64,000 nucleotides of DNA from Chiloscyllium plagiosum (GCF_004010195.1 NC_057720.1:24410414-24474413); one strand, 5' to 3'; shown: positions 25,301 to 40,300, counted from the first letter of the stretch. A program made the numbers and translations. Notes: generated by a model from the letters alone, not told the origin.

Positions 25301-28300
25301 CCTAACCAGAGCTTTATAAAGTTTCAGTAGCACATTGCTGCTTTTATATTCCAACCCTCTTGAGATAAGTGACAACATTGCATTCGGTTTCTTAATCACG
25401 GATTCAACCTGAATGTTTACCTTTAGAGAATCCTCGACTAGCACTCCCAGTTCGTTTTGTACTTTGGCTTTATGAATTTTCTCACCGTTTAGAAAGTAGT
25501 CCATGCTTGTATTCTTTTTTCCAAAGTGCAAGACCTCGCATTTGCTCACATTGAACTTCATCAGCCATTTCCTGGACACTCTCCCAAACTGTCAAGATCC
25601 TTCTGCAGCCTCCCCACTTCCTCAGTACTACCTGCCTGTCCACCTAACTTCGTATCATCGGCAAACTTCGCTAGAATGCTCCCAGTGCCTTCATCCAGAT
25701 CATTAATATATAACGTGAACAGCTGCGGCCCCAACACTGAACCCTGTGGGAAACCGCTTGTTACCAGCTGCCATTCCGAAAAAGAACCTCTTATCCCAAT
25801 TCTCTGCCTTCTGTCAGACAGCCAATCCAAAGTAGGTTAGACCAGGGAAACCCAGTGATTGTTATCTATCTAGACTTCCAAAAGGCCTTCGATAAGGGCC
25901 CTCACAGGAGGCTGCTAAGTAAGATGAAGGCCCATGGTGTTCGGGGTGAGCTACTGGCATGGATTGAGGATTAGCTGTCTGACAGAAGGCAGAAAGTTGG
26001 GATAAAAGATTCTTTTTCAGAATGGCAGCTGATGACAAGCAGTGTCCCACAGGGTTCAGCTGCAGCTGTTCACTTTATATATTAATGATCTGGATGAAGG
26101 GACTGGAGGCATTCCAACGAAGTTCGCCGATGATACGAAGTTAGGCGGATAGGTAGGTAGTACTGAGGAGGTGGGGAGGCTGCAGAAAGATTTAGACAGT
26201 TTAGGAGAGTGGTCCAGGAAATGGCTGATGAAATTCAACATGAGCAAATGAGAGTTCTTGCACTTTGGAAAAAAGAATACAGGCATGGACAATTTTCTAA
26301 ATGGTAAGAAAATTCATAAAGTCCAAGTACAAAGGGACCTGGGAGTGCTAGTCCAGGATTCACTAAAGGTTGACTTGCACGTTGAGTCCCACTTCCTCCA
26401 GACCAAAGGGGTAGCCATAGGCACACGTATGGGCCCCAGCTATGCCTGTCTCTTTGTTGGCTACGTAGAGCAGTTGATCTTCCGTAATTACACCGGCACC
26501 ACTCCCCACCTCTTCCTCTGCTACATTGATGACTGCATTGGCGCCACCTCGTGCTCCCGCGAGGAGGTTGAACAATTCATCAACTTCACCAACACATTCC
26601 ACCCTGACCTTAAATTTACCTGGACCATCTCCGACACCTGGCTCCCCTTCCTGGACCTCTCCATCTCCATCAGTGACGACCGACTTGACACTGACATCTT
26701 CTACAAACCCACCAACTCCCACAGCTACCTGGATTACACCTCTTCCCACCCTACCTCTTGCAAAAATGCCATCCCGTATTCCCAATTCCTCCGCCTCCGC
26801 CGGATCTGCTCCCAGGAGGACCAGTTCCACCACAGAACACACCAGATGGCCACCTTCTTTAGAGACCGCAATTTCCCCCCCGACGTGGTCGACGGTGCCC
26901 TCCACCGCATCTCCTCCACTTCCTGCTCCTCCGCCCTTGAGNNNNNNNNNNNNNNNNNNNNNNNNNNNNNNNNNNNNNNNNNNNNNNNNNNNNNNNNNNN
27001 NNNNNNNNNNNNNNNNNNNNNNNNNNNNNNNNNNNNNNNNNNNNNNNNNNNNNNNNNNNNNNNNNNNNNNNNNNNNNNNNNNNNNNNNNNNNNNNNNNNN
27101 NNNNNNNNNNNNNNNNNNNNNNNNNNNNNNNNNNNNNNNNNNNNNNNNNNNNNNNNNNNNNNNNNNNNNNNNNNNNNNNNNNNNNNNNNNNNNNNNNNNN
27201 NNNNNNNNNNNNNNNNNNNNNNNNNNNNNNNNNNNNNNNNNNNNNNNNNNNNNNNNNNNNNNNNNNNNNNNNNNNNNNNNNNNNNNNNNNNNNNNNNNNN
27301 NNNNNNNNNNNNNNNNNNNNNNNNNNNNNNNNNNNNNNNNNNNNNNNNNNNNNNNNNNNNNNNNNNNNNNNNNNNNNNNNNNNNNNNNNNNNNNNNNNNN
27401 NNNNNNNNNNNNNNNNNNNNNNNNNNNNNNNNNNNNNNNNNNNNNNNNNNNNNNNNNNNNNNNNNNNNNNNNNNNNNNNNNNNNNNNNNNNNNNNNNNNN
27501 NNNNNNNNNNNNNNNNNNNNNNNNNNNNNNNNNNNNNNNNNNNNNNNNNNNNNNNNNNNNNNNNTCACCTTCATCTCCTCCCCCACTCACCCATTGTACT
27601 CTATGCTATTCTCTCCCCACCCCCACCCTCCCCTAGCTTATCTCTTCATGCTTCAGGCTCACTGCCTTTATTCCTGATGAAGGGCTTTTGCCCGAAACGT
27701 CGATTTCAAAGCTCCTTGGATGCTGCCTGAACTGCTGTGCTCTTCCAGCACCACTAATCCAGAATCTGGTTTCCAGCATCTGCAGTCATTGTTTCTACCT
27801 CCGTGGTTAAGAAAGCAAGTGTAATGTTGTAATTTATCTCAAGAAGGTTGGAACATAAAAGCAGTGATGTGCTTCTGAGACTTTATAAAGCTCTAGTTCG
27901 GCCCCATTTAGAATATTGTGTCCAATTTTGGGCCTCACACCTCAGGAAGGACATACTGGCACTGAAGTGTGTCCAGCGGAGATTCACACGGATGATCCCT
28001 CAAATGGTTTGCCTAACATACAAATAATGGCTGAGGATCCTGGGATTGTATTCATTAGAATTTAGAAGGTTGAAGGAAAATCTAATAGAAACTTACCAGG
28101 CTTAGAAAAGGTGAACGCTAGGAATTTGTTTCCGTTATGTGGGGAGTCTGGGACCCATTGGCATAGCCTTTGAATTAAGGGGGTCAATTTAGAATGCAAA
28201 TGAGGAGACATTTCTTCAGCCAGAGAGTGGAGGACCTGTGGAATTCATTGCCACAGAGTGCAGTGCAGGCCAGGACGTTAAATATCTTCAAGGCAGAGAT

Positions 28301-31300
28301 CAACAAATTTTTGATCTTACAAGGAATTAAGGGGCCATGGAGAGAGTGTGGGTTAGTGGAGTTGAAATGCCCCTCAGCCATGATTAAATGCCATAGTGGA
28401 CTTGATAAGTCGAATGGCCTTACTTCCACTGTTATGTCTTATGGTCTCATGGACTTTAGTACATTTACAGTGTGGAACCTAGTAGGAGAACCAAGTTGTC
28501 AGTTCAAAGGAGCCAATCATGCTAACAAAGTGATTTTAGTTAGTGAAACTTCCAAACTGGAAGAGTTTGTATAGTATCCTTTAAGCTGTTATAATTCAAA
28601 AGCAGTTTAGACTATCAGAATTGAATAAGGGTCATGCGATTCAAAAGGGAACTGTAAAACTGTCTCGGCAGTCCAATGAAAAGGAATTGAGAAGATTCAG
28701 TGAAGTGATGAATTAAAGAGTTGAGATAGTAGTGGTATTCTTCTGTGATTAATATCTGCCAAAGATAGTGTTCGGGAAACAGGTTGACACGAAGTGTTTA
28801 CTGTTTCTGTTAAGATCTTTCTAATCGTCTTGTATAAACTAATGTTTAAACATTTTCCATCTAGTGAGTATGTGCCAGTGACCAACCACTATAGTTGTCA
28901 ACTGCAAAAAATAAAGATCTGATCTATCATGTAGATTTCATTCTAGATTCCCCACAATGTGGAAACAGGCCATTTGGCCCACGAGTCCACACCAACCCAC
29001 CCAGGCTTATTTCCCCAACTCCTGACTATTGCACCTAACGCTATGGGCATTTTAGCATGTCCGATTTACCTAACCTGCACATTTTTGGACTGTGGGAGGA
29101 AACCAGAGTGAACCCACACAGACACAGAGAATATGCAAACTCTGCACAGACTGGCACCTAAGGGTGGAATTGAACCCAGGTCCCTGGTGCTGTGAGGCAG
29201 CAGTGCTAACTGCTGAGGCACCATGCTGCTCCTTGGATTCTAGGATCTGATTTGTTCAATGTTGCCATCAGTTGGCTTTTGCTGAATTTAAAATCTCTGA
29301 ATTTAAGAGAGATTGTGTCTTTTTTTAAAAACAAATTGAGTATACTGAGGTACTAAGCAAAAAGCAGGAATGTTGTAGGGAGGATTACTAGATGCTCATT
29401 TTAGAATTTCAAAATGACTTGAATGTTGCTAAGACCTTTCAGGGGATAGAAGACATAACGTTGGATATTTGAAATCGTTAGGTTAGTTGCAAGGCTAAAC
29501 TAAGACAGTTAGCAGACAAAGTAAAAAAAAGATCATGTAAACATGAGATGCTCACAACAATTGCTCAGCATTTGGCATTAAAATGGAGGGAAACCTGAAT
29601 GTAACGTGTCATTGCTAAAATTAGTTAAGATTCATCAAAAAATTGAAAGACTTGGGAGTGAAAGAAAGAAAAAGAGTATTTGAAATAAAAAAACTTCAAT
29701 TGAAGAATGAGGAAAGAGTAAAGAAAAAAATGGAAAGAGGAGAGAAAGGAAAATACAGGGAAATTGAATTTTAAAAACTTGAACTCCAAGAGATGAGAAA
29801 ATCAGACATGACTTGACTGACAAAACGCTCAGAACAAAAGAAGTAGGAAGAGATTGTAACTCAGAGGATGATTCTGATTCCAGTGAGAGATTTGATTAAT
29901 TCAAAATATATGTTTGGGGCCTAAATTTTCAGAGGATTAAGTTGAAAGACATTTTATCTCATTTAAAAAGGTAATGTTTTGACCTTAACGTTCTAGTGTT
30001 TTGATAGGTGCAGCTATGAATGTGTATGCACTTTGTCAGAAGAGCAATATAGAGGCTATGAAACTGTTAAACAAGTAATACTCAAAGCTTATTGTTTTAG
30101 ATTTATGACTTTAAGAAAGAAACATAACTAGGTATTTTTAGAATATGTAAGGGAAAGAAAAGACCTGTGATCAGTTTAGAGAAAAGAATTGTGAACATGA
30201 GGGAAATCATGATTCTACAAGAATTTTGGAATAGTATTCTAATAAACCTTAACACTTATTTTGATAAGCATCAAATATCAAAAATCTGAGATGCAGCCAT
30301 TCTGACAGATACCTGTGATATCTCAGACAGTTACATGTGGGAAAATAGTCAGATGGGAATCCACAACACAGTTGGAGAAACAGAAAAGCTGTGGATCCAA
30401 AAAAAATATTTGTTTTAAGGAATAAACAGAAGAACAATTAAAAAGGAGCAAGTCTGGAACTTAAGAGTCATATGAAGAATATTACATGTTTCCATTGTAA
30501 CAAGTATCGAAATATGAAAGCTGATTGCTATCATTTAAGTTAGATTAATTGTAATAGTAGTATGCTTTAGGAATCCTCAGAAATGCTGGCATCAAGAAAG
30601 AAAATGGATATTAAAACTGTAGCTATAGTACAAGTGGAGCATATTTCATTGGGGTCTACTAGCAAGGGAGAAATGATACAGGATGGAAAGAAAATTTATT
30701 CATGATTATTGATAAAGATAATCAGACCATTGAAGGTTCTGAATATTTAATGTAAAGAGAAGGAAGATTTTCTTGTTTTTCTAATAAAGGAGATAAACCA
30801 CAAAGATATTGAGAGACATGATAGCAAGTCACTTTCTGATACTGGCTGATGATACAATTCGTCTTCCAGATGGGCTAATAAAAGAGAAAATATAAATTGG
30901 AAGTATACATGAAGTTTTCAAGCTAATGTCATCATCTGGAATTAGATTAATGAGTAATTTAATGAATGGTGAGGTTACAGTTTGAGTATTGTAACAAGAC
31001 CCTATAGGAAGAATTTAGCTTGATGAATGACCTGGCCAGTTAAAATAAATTGGACAAACTGAGGGTGGTGGAGCAACCAGCAGAAATTACTAGTAAAAAA
31101 ACTGAAAGATCCTGGACTTGTTTCTCTTCTGTGTTGCGATTAAATGTAACTCATTTCTGCAAAAAGGAAGGGAAATAGAAAGCAGGAAAATATAGATTTC
31201 AGTAAGGCATTTGATAAGGTTCCCCATGGTAGGCTACTGCACAAAGTACAGAGGCATGGGATTGAGGGTGATTTAGTGGTTTGGATTAGAAATTGGCTAG

Positions 31301-34300
31301 CTGAAAGAAGACAGAGGGTGGTTGTTGATGGGAAATATTCATCCTGGAATTCAGTTACTAGTTAGAGTTAAAGAGAAGAAGGTTGAGAGGTGACTTAATT
31401 GAGACATACAAGATAATCAGAGGGTTAAATCGGCTGGACAGTGAGAGCCTTTTTTCTCAGATGGTGATGGTTAGCATGAAGGGGCATATAGAACAGATGC
31501 CCGAGGTAGTTTCTTTACTCAGAGAGTAGTAGGGACATGGAACGCACTGACTGCAAAAGTTGTCAATTCACCAACTTTACGGGCATTTAAATGGTCATTG
31601 GATAGGCATATGGATGAGAATGTAATAGAGTAGGTTGGATAGGCTTCGGATTGGTTTCACAGGGCAATGCAACATTGAGGGCCGAAGGGCCTGTACTGCG
31701 CTGTAATAGTCTATGTTCTATGAAACTACAGGCCATTTAGTTTTACATCTGTTATAGGGAATATGTTGGAAGCTATTATTAAAGATGTTTTAGGAGGGGA
31801 CTTGGAGCAATTTTAGGTAATCAAAAGTGAATTTTTTTTTGAAATGGAAATCAGTTTAACCACTGCATTGACAATCTTTGAAGATGCACGCAAACAATAC
31901 TTTTCACTGTATCAATAAATCAAATCAAATCAAATGTAATATATGCTCTAGATAAAGGGAGCCAATTGATGTGCTGTACTTGGATTTCCAGAAGTCATTT
32001 GATACAATACCAGATCAAAACTTACTGCAGAAAATGAAAGGAAAGGGGTAACATATTTCTTGGATAGAAGATTGGCTAGCTAACAAGAAACAGACTGTAG
32101 ATATAAATGGGGCATTTTCTGTTTGGAAAGGGGTCATGAGTGATGTGCTGCAGGGATCAATGTTGTGGGCCCTGACTTTTTACAATTTATGACTGAAAGA
32201 ATGCACTTATGTAAAATGCTTTAAACACTTAAAAACTAAATTCTCTTGATTCAAAATATGCTGGAAATGAATTCCTCCACATTTGTTTTGTAAATTCTAT
32301 TAATTGGTGGTTTCTATTCCCTAATAGTGTTTTGGAGCTTTATAAAGAGTTTCAGGAAGAAGCTTATAGTGTTGCTATTCACCCATCTGGGTTGTATATT
32401 CTTGTTGGATTTTCGGACAAGTTACGACTTATGAACCTGTTAATTGATGATATCCGAACTTTCAAAGAATTCACAATTCGAAGCTGTCGAGAGGTATGCC
32501 ACAGATGATTCTGGCCAAATTTCTGTTTCATTTATGTTACAAATAGTTTATGTCTTCCATGTTTTTGTAATAATGACCCAACCACATCTTCCAACTCTCA
32601 ATAAACATTAACTGTGCTATCACTTAAATAGATCCAGAGAGCCACAGTTACCTAATGGAAATAATGGGGGAATTGCCTGCCAGTTGCAGGCCCAGCAAAA
32701 GTCCCACATTGCATCTTAAGGCATGCCAATAAGTGCTAATTAGCCAGTCCTTCCAGGGATCAAGAATCCTAGGGAGAGAAGTTTAATCCATTGAGATCTG
32801 CTGACTATGCTGAGACTGGCAGCTCTTGAGTGCTAACCAAGAGATATTGGCAGCTGTTGGTAGTGCATCCACCAAAAGGCCGTGAATGGTCATTGGACCA
32901 GGCACAGGTGAGTGATTATGGGTGGGAGTTGCAGGTGAGAGGGACTTGCAGCAGAAATCTCAGCAGGAATCCTCCTGCCCTCCTATCTGATGGTGAGTCC
33001 TTCAATTAAATACTGAATACCTTTGTAAAAAATGCTCTACCCTGGATGCCCACAAGCGACCTCTCATGGGTTTACTTTCAGGCTTCCCACATGACCAATT
33101 TGCAGCCCACTTTTGGGTCAATATCAGTGACAGTGCGATGAGCCCCTTAAATGACAATTTAAAGGACTCGCTCAGTGGAGAGGCAGTGGGTCTGTGCATG
33201 GGCCTTTCCATTCGGAGGTCATTGTAGCAGAGATGAGAATGTGTGATGCCCACTGTTGTACTCTTCTGCCCAATTAGTCACCACTCCCCCCACCAAACCT
33301 GTACATGGGTGGTCATTCAATTCTAACCAGAGTCTACAGCTTTTATAATAATTTTTAACTTTTGTTTTTCTTCTTTCAGTGTTCCTTCAGCAATGGTGGA
33401 CACCTGTTTGCAGTTGTGAATGGAAATGTCATTCATATTCATTCCACAACGACATTTGAAAACCTGGTTAATCTTAAAGGTCACAATGGGAAGGTGGGTT
33501 TCAGGATAATTCACATTATGTGTTACAGATACTGTGTTTTTGATTTTCTCGAACCTTATCAGTCTGCCTACATTTAGTAGTGTAGTCAACAGGTAATATT
33601 TATAAACATCAGTAAAATCATACTGGTGAACATATAGAAAATGGTAAAAATGATCCAGTATTTATTTGAAGGGATGGGTACACACAGGGTTGTGCAATAT
33701 GTATATATAAACATGTGTAATCGCAGATCAATTAAGGAAAAAAACCAAGACAATTTGCATATTGATGGCCTTGATTAAATATTGCCTAAAAGTAATTCCA
33801 TATTCAAAACAGGGTATGAACAGCAGGAGCTCTCGTATTCCTACAGTTCAGAAGCATGTCATTCAGCCCATTCTGACCCTCTGAAGAGCATCCCACCCAA
33901 CCCCCTGCAACCATGCATTCTCCATTGCTAATACAATGGAGAAGGGCTTATGCCCGAAACGTCGATTCTCCTGTTCCTTGGATGTTGCCTGACCTGCTGC
34001 GCTTTTCCAGCAACACATTTTCAGCTCTGATCTCCAGCATCTGCAGCCCTCACTTTCTCCAATGAATATTTTAAGCACAGAATAAGAACATTAAAAGTAA
34101 AAACAGTAACTTTGAAGGTAGTAAAGCATAAGGACATGAGTCATAGCAATGCATTTTAAGGACAGTACTTAGGAAGCATATAAATATGAGGAGGGCATGG
34201 ATTTAAACGTAGTTGGAAAAAGCAGCAATGATGAAGTTATGAAAAACTTTGTTACGCTGTGAGTTGTTAAGAACTGGAGTGTACTGACTGAGATTATGGC

Positions 34301-37300
34301 AGAGACAGATCCGTTCAAGGCAATAGAGGACATCAGATTATAGAGTCATACAGTTACAGAGTCATTGAATCATACAGCATGGAACCAGACCCTTCGGTCC
34401 AACCAGTCCATGCCGACCATAATCCCAAACTAAAGTTGTCCCATCTGCCTGTGCTTGGTCCAAGCATTTCTTATTCATGTACTTATCCAAATCATGTACT
34501 TATCATGTACTTATTCATGTACTAATCCAATACTTAACTGTACCCGTATTCACCACTTCCTCTGGAAGTTCATTCCCCACACAAATCACTATTTGTGGAA
34601 GCAAGTTACCCCTGTTTGCTAATGTCCAGATCTTTTTCAATCTGGTAAGATTCTCAAGTTGAATTTAACACTTTGTGACTCAAGGACAAAAGTGTTCAGT
34701 GAACTAATCACAAATCAGAACTAAGGTTCACAACAACGAATGCAAGTACATTACTCCTTATGTATAGCTTTGTTATGGGGAAGATTTGCAGAATGTAATG
34801 ACTGTTTACACTTAACTGGTTCGAAAAACATTTCTAATTGCATTTTAATTCTGGGGTTCGGACTCGGTATTGAGAACATTTCTGTGTTCTCACCAAAGTC
34901 ACATGGGGGCCTGATTGATTTTCAATAAGCAAGTCAATTAGTGACTAGTGAATGGAGTTGTCATCCAATTAGGAGTGTTGGAAGCATGCAAAAGGAGGAA
35001 CAGCAGCAAGAAATGTGGCATTGCTAGACCTGAGATAATTGTGAATGAAGGCAATGGGGCCAGAAATCAATTGCCTAAATATCTGTTTAAATAGTCTCAT
35101 TAAACTTGCCAAAGATTCATACTTTTTGACTTTTGTTGATCCAGCCTTGAAACTCTCTCAAGTGCCACTCCATTTTGGACTGCTTCACTGACTGCTTTTG
35201 TGATGTTTGATCACCCCTTTTCCTGGGTCTACATTCTCCTGGACTCTGAAATTACACCTACACTTACTCACAGGCTTAATTCTGCTTGTCTGTTGACAGC
35301 TAACTTTTTCAAGCTAGTACTGCCCCTCCCCCCCCCCCCCCCCAAGCCCGTGTTCCTGCAAAACCTAATCTTTCCAATTTGCACAAAGTAAATATTGCTT
35401 GTGGGCTTTTCAATTCCCACTATCTGCTTCTTGCTGCACTGAATTATCAGTGGCACATAACTACTTTTGAGCATTACCAAAACTACACCCCCAGCCCAAC
35501 TCCCTGGACTTAAGACCTGCAGAGCTATTCAACAGTTCTCAGACTCCAGACCTCAAATCGTAGTTCAGCTGACTTTAGCAATATGGTTAATACCATTCCT
35601 GAAGAAGGGCTTATGCCCGAAACGTCGATTCTCCTGTTCCCTGGATGCTGCCTGACCTGCTGCGCTTTTCCAGCAACACATTTTCAGCTAATACCAACAC
35701 CGCCTAGTATAGATTAAAAACAGGAAGTGCTAGAGAAGCTCAGCAGATACAGCAACACGTGTGGAGAAAGTGAACATTTTGAAACCATGTGACATTCTGA
35801 AGAAGTGCAATATCGGACTCAGAATTAACCTTGTTTCTTCACGAATGCTTCCATGCACTCCTGAGCTTCCCCAGCACTTTCTGTTTTTATTTTAGATCTT
35901 CAGGATCTTGCATTTTGCTTTTATTTTACTGCCAAACATGGACCGTGCTCTTATCTTTGTCTATCTCCTTCTCCAAAGAACCATAACCTAAGAAGTTATC
36001 TTTAATGACCCCCAAACTGTTTTGAGTGACCTTTTACAATCGGGTCCTCCTCAATTGCTGGCAGAATTGAATGTTGCTACCTAACAAATAAATGTAACCA
36101 GTCATAGATTGCTGGCTTGCTTAGAGCAGAAAATAGATACAAAAACAGAATTTCATTTCATATGTTAATTGTTTTCAAATGCAGTGGAATGTTGTAAAAT
36201 ACATGATAAAGTAGGCACTTTAACAGTTATACAGTACATGGATGATCTTCTATGTCTTCCCCAAACAGATTCGCGCTATTGTCTGGAATTCAGATGATAG
36301 TAAATTGATTTCCTGTGGTATGGATGGTGCAGTATATGAATGGAATACACTGACTGGAAAGCGAGAAGGCGAGTGTGTACTGAAGTCCTGCAGTTACACT
36401 GACCTTTGTATCACACCAGATAGTAAAACCATATTTGCAGTGGGGTCTGATCGAACTTTAAAAGAAATTACTGATTCCCAGGTGGGTTGAATATGTGTGC
36501 TGTTATATCCTGAGGTAAAGTGGGCATAGTTCAAGGTCCAAATTTTCAAGAATATTACTAAATATTTCTGAGATTAATCAAATAAAAATCTTATTCATTT
36601 GACAGTCTTAGCTGAGTAAAAAAAAGACATTAATCCTGTTGCAACAAATTCTTATCACAATTTTCTATGTATAACAAATAAGAAGTGCTGAGTAAATAGA
36701 TGACTGTCATATATTGTTGTATTTTTCAATACCATAATGTAAATGTCATCTGTATAATATCAATACATTAGACTTCCTTACTCTAATCTCATTCATGACA
36801 ATGGGCAGCAAGACTCCACTGCTGGCCTGGTCCATTGCAATCTTTTATGTTCTAGCATAGGTGGTGCCCCACTCTTGAAATAAAAGCTGAAAGAACTGCA
36901 GATGCTGTAAATCAGAAGCAAAAACAGAAATTGCTGGAAAAGTTCAGCAATTTCTGGTAGCATCTGTGGAAATCAGACTTCACATTTCAGTTCGAGTGAC
37001 CCTTCCTCAGACCCTTGAAGGTTGTTCTTAAATTACCTTACAAGGCTTCCTTTGGCTTTCCTATCTTCATTTTTTCTCATAACTTGTGTACTAAACAGCC
37101 ACCCGAGCAGGGCTAAGCCCAGAAGGTGAAATAAATATCTTGCCAGTCTCAGGACCTAGAAGAAAAGTTTTATTTGTTTTGGTTTTGCTTTGAAATATTA
37201 AATTTAAAGAAAAGAAGGCTATTACTAGCAATATATTTATTTCATATGATTGTAGGATGACAGAACTTACTCTTCTACTTAAAGTTCTGGTGAACTGCAG

Positions 37301-40300
37301 CATTTTTCGGTAAAGAAAGATCAATAATGTACTTCTACATGTGAAATATACTTCGTAAAGTGACATTATTATATCTGAGCTTTCCAAATTCAGGTTCATT
37401 TTCCGGCTGAAATCTCATACTTTACAGATGAAGTGTTTCCATGACTGAAAGTCGATGCATCGTTTCTGCTCTTTTCCTTTTGCTCCTCCCCATTCAGATT
37501 ATTCGGGAAGTTCCATCGAATGATGTTGCATATACCTGTGTGGTTATGTCACATTCTGGGCGAATGTTGTTCCTAGGCGCTGCAAATGGGACAGTCCGGA
37601 GTATCAAAATCCCACTACCTGTAAAATCAGAATGGAATGAGTATCAGGCACATTCTGGACCAATCACTAAGGTACCAATCACTAAGAATATTCTACATCC
37701 TACTCAATACTCCTTCTGAAGTAGACCAGCCCCTGAATTTTCTCCATGAATCAGCAGCCCAGGTCAGGAAAATCCCCAGCTTGGCAATTCTGACTCAAGG
37801 GCAAGTGCTCCAGATGTTCTGATTTTTTTTTTCCTTGAGGGCTGGGGCAGTTGTCAATTGGTGTTAACCCAGAATCCCCAACAACAGTACAGAAACAACC
37901 ACAGAGACCTTAGGCGTGAACTTGCTCACTTAATTTAAGTTTTGGCAAGACCTTTAGATGGGAATCAAAATTCCTAAGAAAAGTAAGGTTGCAGTGCAGA
38001 AGTACCTAACACATCAATTTTGGTACCAAGATGTAAGATTCTTTCAGTGATGCCTCATAGTGGCTGCTATTTATATTACAGGGTACTATAATGCTGCAGT
38101 GTGGGATTCAGTTATGAAGTTAAGCTTTGACAGAGTAAAAGGAGTTTTTCTCTCATCTGATTTAATTCTGTGTATATGTCCAGAGATTAGAAGAACTCTC
38201 CTCTGCCAAACTTCATACACCTACAAATGAGTGGTTATGTAAAATAAATCCAATAAGATTTTGAAACTCTCCTTTATCAACAAGCCTTGGGCGTTGCTTC
38301 TTTGCAAGAACGGACTCCCTTGATTTTCATAGTAATTTAAATACATCTTTGACAATGAACCAGATGGGATTAAAAATAATCTGCTTCAATTTACGTTAGG
38401 TTGACATTGTTCTTGTACTTGAACAGCTTTTTGACATTGTTTCCAGTTTCAGAGAGACAATGGGGCCTCGTGGTATTAGCGTGAGACTATTAATCCAGGG
38501 ACCAGCTCATGTTCTAGCAACCCATGTTTGAATCCCAGCAGGTGGTGGAATTTGAATTCAATAAAAATCTGGATTTAAGAATCAGATGATAACAGTGACT
38601 CCATGTCAATTGTCAGAAAAAACTTAATTGGATCACTGATATCCTTTAGGGAAGGGAAACTACTGTCCTTACCTGGTCTTAACTGCCCTCTGAAAGGGCT
38701 TGACAAATCATTCCATTGGAATGATTGCTATAAAGTCTCAAAACAGAAATGAAACTGGACAGACCACCTGGCATCAACCGAGGCACCAGAAACAACAATG
38801 GCAAAACCCGCCCTGTCGACTCTGCAAGGTCTCCCTTACTAACATCTGGGGGCTAGTACTAAAATTGGGAGAGCTTTCTCACAGACGAGACAAGCAATGG
38901 CCTGACATTGTCATGCTTATAAAATCATACTTACAGAAAATGTCCTAGACACCACCCTCACCATTCTGGATATGTCTTGTCACACTGCCAGGAATAGAAC
39001 CAGCAGGAGGTGAGGAATTCTCCAGGTAGTCCACAACATTGACTCCAGAGACCATGAAGTCTCACAGTACCAGGTAAAGCTTGGGCAAGGAAACCTCCTG
39101 CTGATTACCATGTACTGTCCTCTCTCAACTAATCAATCAGTGCTACACCATATTGAACAACACTTAGCAGAAGCACTGACAGAAGAAAGGGCATAGAATG
39201 TACTCTGGGGATTTCAAATATCACCACCAAGAAGGTCTCTGCAGCAGTACTACTGATGAAGCTGGTAGAGTATTAAAGGACATTGCTGCCTGACTGGGTG
39301 ATGAAGGAACTGATAAGAGGGAAAAATATACTTGACCTCATCCTTACTAATCTATGTACTGAAAACCCAGTCTATGATATTGTCAATGACAGTATCAGTA
39401 AAATGACCACCGCACAGTACTGGTGGAGAATAAATCTCACCTTCACATTGAGAATACCCTCCATCATGTTGTGTGATACTATCACTGTGCTAAATGAGAA
39501 AGTCTTTAAACAGATCTATCAACTCAAGACTGAACTTTCATGAGACGCTGTGGGCCATCAGCAGCAGTAGATCATACTCCAATACAATCTGCAAACTCAT
39601 TCTCCTGCATAACCCTCAGTCTATCAGTATTCTCAAGCCAAGGGATCGGCCTTGTTTCAATGGAGAGTGCGGGAGAGCATTCCAGAAGCAGAACCAAGTA
39701 TACCTAAAAATGAGGTGTCGACACAACAGAATTACTTGCATGCCAAACAAAATAAGTAGCAAGTGATAGGTAGATCTAAGTGATCCCACGAATAATGGGT
39801 CATATCTAAACTCTGCAATCCTGCCAATTGCAGTCATGAATAATGGTGGACAATTAAACAACTCACTGGAGCAGGAGGCTCTACAAATATCCCCATCCTC
39901 AATGAAGAAGTAGCCCACCACATCAGTGCAAAAGATAGGGCTGAAGCATTCACAGCAATTTTAAGTCAGAAGTGCCAAGTGAATGATTCCTCTCAGTCTC
40001 CTCCAGAGCTCCCCAAAATGCCAGTCTACACCCAATTCAGTTTATTCCATGTGATATCAAGAAATGGTTGAAGGCATTGGATACTGCAAAGGCTATGGAC
40101 CCTGACAATAGTACAGATGAATTGTGTTCCAAAACTCATCCCTCACTAAGCTGTTGCAGTACAGCACAACACTGACATCTACCTGACAATGTGGAAAATT
40201 GCCCATGTATGTCCTGTACACAAACACTGCAAATCCAACCCAGGCAATAACCATACCATTAGGTTTTTTTAACTCATTCGTAGGATGTGGGCATCCCTGA

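Larger units (their letters stand above)
26387..27802 (+). mobile_element. Penelope-like element (Neptune-like RT), 5' truncated
   Basis: [55 protein letters not shown]; hammerhead in the 3' terminal region. Confidence 0.92.
25831..28452 (+). mobile_element. CR1 RT/3' fragment of the same family, interrupted by a PLE
   Basis: LDFQKAFDK...KFADDTKL; resumes after 27802 and runs to the 3' tail. Confidence 0.9.

Noticed and set aside
24239..27730. Long ORFs containing X runs
   Set aside because: Artefacts of N gaps; 26258-27730 is also a chance CR1-PLE in-frame fusion
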